Source: the human T2T-CHM13v2.0 reference genome, Homo sapiens
Assembly (NCBI RefSeq): GCF_009914755.1
Contig: NC_060927.1
Length of the DNA: 64,000 bases
Reading direction: 5' to 3' (one strand)
The translations under genes and the position numbers were made by a program. Positions 56,821-64,000 of the stretch are shown piece after piece (position 1 is the first letter of the stretch; every line of letters begins with the position of its first letter). Below the pieces are notes generated by a model. That model ran no database searches and was not told the DNA's origin. It saw only the letters and a list, made by a program, of their open reading frames with translations.

Positions 56821-59814
56821 AAATTAATCAATCAATATATTGCCCATAGTGAACATCAAAGTCACCAGTAGTCTGGAGTTTATGGAATGAGTAATTTCAT
56901 CTGCCTGTTTGCAACCTTCTGGAATATTTCCATTCTCTAAAGAGCCTTTCCAAATTTTTAGACAGGGGTTTAGAATTAACATGTGAGACTTCTGAGCCCC
57001 CAGTATGTAATTCATCTAAGTTTACAACCTTGAATTTACTCAAAGGTCTCAAAGCCTCTCTTACTTTTCCTGTACTTCAGTTTCCTTTTACCAATATTTC
57101 TCCAGATGCTTTTTATTCTGTAGAAATCCTATTTATAATTCATATTTAATTAATTAAAATCATGAAAGTTATCAGAATTTGAACTCCTACAAATTAAGTT
57201 ATTGATTTTAACATTCTAAAGCAAAGTACGTTTACTGAATTATTAGACACAGTCTTTGAATATTAGCATTTGGGAAAACAAAGGAAATTTTGTGAAAAAA
57301 AAATCTATCAACTAACCCCTGATAAATGTTGACCGGAAAGAATTAAATGGTAATAGTAATAATCAGAATCACAAAAGCAACCAGGTCTGGTGTCTCATCT
57401 CATATTTAAATACTCTTAACTGTAAAATCCATTATAAACTGTGAAATTACAATTGTTTCCCAGCAGAACGTGATCATTAATAGCGCTTGTGACCAATTCC
57501 TAATTTAGATAGAATTTTAAAGACCTGCCCCTGATTCATAGTATGTAGGAAAGAAATCAGACACCCAAAACTGAGATTTTATTATGAGCATTTTTTTGTT
57601 CACAAACACCAGCTATTCTCAAATAGTTTATTTAACATGTCACCATTGTCTAGTAAGTATCAACCATTTTATTGCCCAGAGGTTATAAAGGGGCTTGTTT
57701 GACATTAGCTTGCATTTGCCCTCACAATTCCAAAGACACTTTTCAAAGAAGATAATCAGCATAGAGAGATATTAGAAAGGAGTATGCAATGCAGAGGTGA
57801 ATACGAGGTCACACTCGCGACTTTCTGAAGCAATAGCAAAAGCAAAAGGAAAAAAAAGATAACAAAAAAATTTTAAAATGGTCTTTTAACAGAGACAAAA
57901 GCAGTTTACTTCCAAAGGAATGTTGTTTACTACTCTGCCTATTTGGAATATCATATCCCCAAATCTAGCTCACAAATCAATTATAAACATCTTTATAATT
58001 TAAATATATAGCCCAGTTAATTCTGAAGCACAAATGTGTAAAGTTCCCTCACTTCCCTGACTTGAAGAGTGAATATTTTCTCGTGTTGTACATGAAAACA
58101 ATTCCTGAAGGATTTTTATGAACCATAGAACTGTAGGTCTCACCTACAATTCCACACTAAGCAAGCTGGTAAGATCAATAACAAAGAAAAACAGTCTTGA
58201 AGCAACCAAACAAATAGAAGTTTGGTAAGATCACAATGGGATGATCCACTTAGTCCTTTGAGGGATTGTGGATAAAAGAATAAACATCTGGGGTTATGGG
58301 TTACTATAGTTCTCTATTTTAAATCTTTATTTTCCTAACTTTTCACAATTTTTATGTATTATGTTTGCCATTGTAAAGAAAATTAAATATTTCCCTATGG
58401 CTGTCGAGAGTGGAGTGGCATATCTAAGCTTGGGTACATATGAATAAAGGTAGATTGAAAAGGTTTGGGCTAAATTCCATTAAAGGTTGTTTTAAACAAT
58501 GAGTCAAAAAGAGACTGGGGAAAAGAAAAAGTCATTTGATCAGATAATAAGTGTCTTTTAAAAAGCAAATTGCTGGTAGAGAGAATCGATTACTTCTATT
58601 TATGGCAAAGGGCAAAGAGTGGGATTTTTCATGAATAATTCTGGGGTCATTTTTATCTAACATCTCATAAATGATCTGAAGCAGAAGCGCAGAGTAAAAT
58701 CTCACAGTTCAGAAGCACGCAACTCTTCCAGAGAGTAAAGTGACAAGTGAATGAAGATAAGCAGTAGTAAATTTCTCAGCGTCTGCAATGGACAGTATAA
58801 CAGATAAAGGGCCCTTTGAAGGTAGAGACCGTGTAATTTCATTCAACTCTCTATCTCTAGCTCCAATCACATGGTATGCACTCCAATATTTTTGCATAGA
58901 AAAAAGAAGGAAAGTTTGTAAAGTGGAAAACCAAAAAGTTAAGTCAAGGAGAGCAATCTATGATACTAAAGAAGTACAATTATAAACTTAAGAACAGTCA
59001 GCTGCAAAGGGACAAGAAAATAGATGGAGGTAGTGAGCTCAATATGCCCCTGGGACTAAGACCATAAAGTCAATTCAGTTCAATGCAGCAAACATGGAGC
59101 ACATGAGGAGACCCTGGTATAGATAGACTTGAAGTGAATGACAGCAAAGGGGCCTGGATTAAATAATTCCATCTCCCACTTGAACGTAATTGAGCTCTTT
59201 ACAATTCTCTAATTTTAGTTAGCTATTTTCACTTGGCTTATACTGTGATAAATCTCAACACTTGTAGTAAAGCAACTTTATGAAAGACAATGGCCAAACA
59301 GAGAAGTTAGAACAAGAGATTATTTGTTGAAAAATTTAGATGTTTTTATCCTGAGTTTTTTTTTCAGCCTTGATTTTATAGATTGCATTTCCATGGCCAC
59401 ATTTGATATATTTCTCTGTCCCTTTGGTTTTCTCCAAATTGATAGTTTTACAGGTTCCAGCAGATTTAGGTTCATCTTTAGCAAAAATATTATTTGAGGA
59501 TATATTTATTTTAAGGAGACTCTCAAACGTCTTCCAGAGGCCAATGTGATGGGAAAAAGGGAGTTTACTTGGATAATATCATTTTAGGGGTGTATTTCAG
59601 AAAAAAATGTAACTCAGAAATAGAAGATTTATTTACTCATTTCACTCCAAATAGCTGTACAGACAATTCCAAAAATGGTTGCAAAGACTTTTTTTAAAGC
59701 TCTGTCATTGAAATAAATGTAAGACACTCTTAAGGTGACAATTTTCTTGTGAAGTATGAAATTCCCTGTATGTTTGGAAAATTGATCCTTGTTGTTGTTG
59801 TTTTGCTATTTTGT

Positions 59815-60070
59815 CTTATGATCCTGATTCTCAAGAGTTTAAAGCCTAGTTGGGGATCCACAATAGACAAAATAATTAACGAATACAAACAAATGCATTA
59901 AAAGGTACTTAACAAAATGTCCTTGGAAGTAGGTGGCAATGCCTTAATAGTTGTCAGGCCCAAGGGCCCCTTCCATTCTTGTCAAGGGGAGTGCTAGCCT
60001 TCTCTCCTTGCATAGCACACAAAAAAATGTCCTTGGGAAGAGATAATTCTCACCAAGAAAAGAGAGAGTA
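59815..60070 (-). mobile_element. L2 fragment hosting the U6atac retrocopy
   Basis: tcctgattctcaagagtttaaagcctagttgggga resembles antisense L2 3' region. Confidence 0.45.
59926..60020 (-). pseudogene. U6atac minor-spliceosome snRNA retropseudogene (RNU6ATAC-derived), 3'-truncated
   Basis: Reverse complement gtgtgctatgcaaggagagaaggctagcactccccttgacaagaatggaaggggcccttgggcctgacaactattaaggcattgccacctacttc aligns to human U6atac nt ~1-103 (about 7 substitutions, ~8-nt internal deletion); flanked by direct repeat aa(c/a)aaaatgtccttgg(g)aag. Confidence 0.93.
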
Positions 60071-61059
60071 TTTTCTATATTTGAGGAATATCCAATACTA
60101 TTAAATTCTTTATAACTAAGTCAAATTGGAAAACATGTAGTTATTGGCAGGAAGAAATGCTTAAGGATAGAGTCATTTGATGACTCTTGAAAGAAACAGA
60201 ATGACAAAGGAAAAAAAGGACCTATTAAAATTATTTAAATTTCCAAAATTCAATGACAATACAAATGTTTAGACAAGTTACATCTGTGCTTGATTTTAGG
60301 TTCATATTTTATATGTCAAACAGGTGTAATAATGTCTTGTTAAATGTAGCAAAGTTAATAATAAATTGCGTTCACTGTGAACAAATAAATAGGCAGTGAC
60401 TTTAATAACTACTATAAAAATAGCTTAGGAAGTAGTGGGTTGGAAAAAAAATTATAAGTTAATACAGTATTAGAGTAACATTAACAGAATATTTCAGAGT
60501 GTGAGAAAATGTGTTCACAGGTGGTTATCAGTGGTTAAGCTAATCAAGAAAGAAACTCAGTAGAACTTTTAGTCCAAGGACATTCCCTTATCAAGATTTT
60601 TATTTAGGAGCTCTCACATAAGTCATTCTGAGAATTACAAAATATGTCTTCATGAGATGCACTTCTCAATGGAATACAAAATAAACCATATGATAAAATA
60701 TCCTATAATTCTACAATGGTATTCAGTGTGGGGTAATGTGATGCAAAAATGAGTAGATCATAACTTGGAAATTACCTGATGAAAGTGTTGTGTAGGTAAA
60801 ATACAAAACATCTTTTTGCCACACCATGTCCCTCCTCATGGTAGATCCTATGAAATACCCCGAATTGTGTCCACAGAAATATCACCTTCAATTGTACTGT
60901 GGGCCTATAAGAGAGCTGGGTATCTGTCAACAGTAATCATGATATAAAAAGAAAGTATGAGTGCATATTTATGTGTGGGTGATTGTTTATCTATTTGGGA
61001 TGAAACTGTGACTAAATTTTGTGTCCACTGAAAATTGACCTACACTTTTCTCCCTGCCT

Positions 61060-61968
61060 TTTCATGTGGCTAAAAGATAGCAGCAGTTTAATTCATCCCC
61101 CTGACATTTTCTCAAACATATTTCTAGTGATCTAGGTAATGTATTCTAGCTAATGTATCTTACTTGACCTATCAGGAGTATTTGACACACTTAATCACAT
61201 CTTATTCATTGAAACACTTCTGTCTTGGCTTCCAGGACATCACACTTATCATTTCCCCCTTCACATCACTGAATTCTCCTTTGCCTTTTTCCAGCTATTT
61301 TTCATCCCTTTGACCTCCAACCATCAAAGTGCCCCAAGGATGAGTCCATTGATCTTTGCTTTATCTACAATCCCTCTGTTGGTGATCTTATTCAGTCTAA
61401 AAATTTAAATACTAACTATGCCAAACACTCCCAAATTTAGACCTCCTGCCCACTTTTCTCTCAAACTGTAATCTTCTATTTCCAACTCCCTCTTCAGGAT
61501 CTTCACTTTAATATCAAATAGGTAACTCAAATGCAACATGTCCCAAACTGTACTCCTGTATCTCAGTCCCAACCTACATTCTACAATCTTCTCCATTTGG
61601 TAAGTGTGATGCCATCTTTCTGGTTGCTGAGACAGGACCACTAGAATCAGTGATGGTTCTTCTTTTCCTCTCAAGTCCCAAATTCAATCTCATCAAATCT
61701 TGTTGATTCTATTTTCAAAATATGTCCAGAACTGACTCTTTTCTTCACTTCCCAGGTGCTGATACCACCCAGTTCCAAAGCATCGTCATCTTTCACCTGG
61801 ATTAAATCTGTAGCCTTGTGACTGGTTTCCCCGCTCCAATCTTGGCCACAGTCCTTCCACCCCTTACCAATCTGTTCTCAACCCAGTGGCCAGAGAGATT
61901 CTTTTAAGCCTAAGTCACGGCACGAAACTCTTTCCAAATCTCTTCTCGTCTTTCCTAGATTAAAATCA
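61060..61968 (+). mobile_element. L2 (L2a-like) fragment incl. RT region
   Basis: cttgacctatcaggagtatttgacaca = LDLSGVFDT (CR1/L2 RT LDLSAAFDT motif); caacatgtcccaaactgtactcctg; ccagagagattcttttaa. Confidence 0.85.
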
Positions 61969-61969
61969 C

Positions 61970-62350
61970 TCTGCAATAAGGGAAAGAGATGGAATTAGAG
62001 AGGAAATGAAGCTGGAGCCTATCATGAGGGCTCTGAAGGCCTTCTTGAGAGCTTGGGATTCTTCTGTGGGAGAGAGGGGAGACTTGAAATGTTTTGAGCA
62101 GACTATTTTATGTCACATGGTGATAAGAGCTCCAAGGAAAAATAAAGCAGAGAAGTGGGGAGGAGTACTGGTGTGAGAAGTGATGGCAAAAACCGCATTT
62201 ATTTTTGCACCAACCTAGTAATATTAAACAGACTGGGTCAGGAAAAGCCTAAAACCCAGAAGGGAGCAAGTTGTATGAATATCTGGGGGTGTGTTATTCT
62301 AAGAAGAAGAAATAGTAAATGTAAAGGAAGACCCTAATTTAGGAGTATAG
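61970..62350 (-). mobile_element. L2 fragments, antisense
   Basis: atgttttgagcag; ggtgataagagctccaaggaaaaataaagcag; atatctgggggtgtgttattctaagaagaagaaatagtaaatgtaaagg. Confidence 0.7.
62183..62220. mobile_element. Half MADE1 / solo Hsmar1 terminal inverted repeat
   Basis: atggcaaaaaccgcatttatttttgcaccaacctag + TA matches one arm of the MADE1 palindrome. Confidence 0.85.
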
Positions 62351-62910
62351 CTTACTTATTCAAAGAAATTTTACTTCACATGATATGCATTTAATAACAA
62401 CTTATTGAATAAATGATTAGATAACTCAATTTAGATGTAATTATATATATTGACTCAAACTTTAAAATTATTTTCAGTGGTCTGATTCCATAATTAATAC
62501 AGTCCCCATAAATTTCACAATCTACTGGCTTTCACTTTTCACATGGCACTAGCTAAAGAGAACAGAAGATGCTGTGAGTACACATTAAAAAAATCCTTTT
62601 GTGACAGCTCCACTCTTCCCAGTCTGGGTAAGGTATCCCTTCCCTGTGCTATTATTCTTTATTACGCTTATCTTAACCCTCATTATACTGGATGTACTTG
62701 TGTCTAATCCCACTATTGAGATTTTAGAGGTTAATGGATAAATTCTTCCTTGTCTAAGAAAGGTAGATAGACACAGGAATTGAACACATAGAGATTTTAA
62801 GATGTTAGTTTTATTATTGACTTATTAAAAGAAGAAAAAGTTTGGAATAAAGATGTATGACCAAATAATCATGATAATATACATCATTGAGTTAGATATC
62901 TAATACTCAC

Positions 62911-63009
62911 CTTACTAGTTGTCACAGCTGGACTAACATTGGCCTTCTCTGATCCGTGGAAAATGCCCCTTTTACCGCGTAACAGAAAGCAGATATGAGC
63001 ACTTGCTTC
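62911..63009 (-). other. Candidate 99-nt spliced exon (parent transcript unknown)
   Basis: Minus strand: tctttctgcttacAG|GAAGC...AGTAAG|GTGAGTat; non-repetitive; 3 CpGs; phase-0 frame open (EASAHICFLLRGKRGIFHGSEKANVSPAVTTSK). Confidence 0.45.
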
Positions 63010-63189
63010 CTGTAAGCAGAAAGATTCCAAATCTGAGTACTTCCACAGGGGTGAAGCCATGCATGCCTAGTTCTCAATCCTAAATTCTCCATCAGATAAA
63101 ACATTTAACCTTCTCTGGGGAGGATTGGTAAAGAGGCAGAGAACACTCAAGATTGATGATTTTCCTCTACTTGGAAACAAGATTGATCC

Positions 63190-63300
63190 ATAAAGACTCA
63201 ACACTCAAGGATGCCTGTCTGTCATGTTCTCTAATTCTCAGTGCTTAAGAAAGTGCCTGGTGTATAGAAAGTTAAAAACAATATTGGATTAAATAAGTAG
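63190..63300 (+). mobile_element. L2 3' terminus fragment
   Basis: ctcagtgcttaagaaagtgcctggtgtatag...aatattggattaaat. Confidence 0.55.
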
Positions 63301-63693
63301 TCAAAGATCATGGTAAAAATCTAATGTTATCCTTGCCTCACACCCTAAAAACTAAACCCGTCAAAAGTATCCAGAAGAGGCAGGTTAGATGGAATATATG
63401 CTTAAGGTTCTTGCTTAGTTTCCACAGCATCCTGCTAATACTGCCAATACTTATCTTTATGTCTAGTTTAAAATTAATCACCAAGATAGTATTTCTCATT
63501 CATCTAGGAAAACTACACAGTGAAAACAATATTAAGAACCACTGTCTTGTTTTGGATAAATAGGAGCCAAGGACTGGCCAGAGGGTACGGAATGGGTGAT
63601 CCGAGTGATCCAACACAGTGTAGATGAAAGGAACATGTACCACCCAACTGAGGTATCACTCCAAAGAAAACAGGCAGAGACACAAAAATCCAA

Positions 63694-64000
63694 TTTATTT
63701 TTATTTTTATTTGTAAAGGCTACATAATAGGTATATATATTTATGGAATATCAAATATGAGATATTTTGATACAAGCATACAATGCATAATAATCACATG
63801 AGGGTAAATGGGGTATCCATCACCTCAAGCATTTATCCTTTCTTTGTGTTACAGACAATCAAATTATACTTTTTTAGTTATTTTTAATTGTATCATAAAT
63901 TGTTGACTGTAGTCACCCTGTTGTTCTATCAAATATTAGATCTTATTCATTCTATTTTTTTGTACCCATTAACCATTCCCCAACCTTCACCACCCTTCAT
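63694..64000 (-). mobile_element. L1MA3-like 3' end (runs off window)
   Basis: T-rich tail then tacataataggtatatatatttatgg...gggtaaatggggtatccatcacctcaagcatttatc...gtagtcaccctgttg. Confidence 0.88.

Overview
Primate (very probably human) AT-rich genomic DNA from an intergenic or deep-intronic region, roughly half of it interspersed repeats. It contains two near full-length, decayed LINE-1s facing each other (L1PA7-like + at ~2.8-9.5 kb; L1PB1-like - at ~14.8-21.2 kb), a 3-kb L1MA fragment, ten Alus, a complete THE1 provirus, several solo LTRs (THE1, MER4 group, MLT1, LTR39-like), MSTA-like and LTR16-like LTRs with internal remnants, MIR/L2 relics and small DNA-transposon remnants. I recognise no protein-coding gene: the listed ORFs are L1/Alu/THE1 pieces or chance frames. 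Best non-routine signals: a U6atac snRNA retrocopy (59926-60020) inserted backwards relative to its L1-endonuclease site with no tail (twin-priming-like), an orphan 99-nt minus-strand exon candidate (62911-63009), two template-switch hairpins inside the L1s, a DR5 retinoic-acid-type element and a STAT/GATA/AP-1 motif cluster. I found no evidence of a new multi-gene biological system. Repeat subfamily names come from recalled consensus sequences and need Dfam/RepeatMasker confirmation; boundaries of old repeats are approximate.
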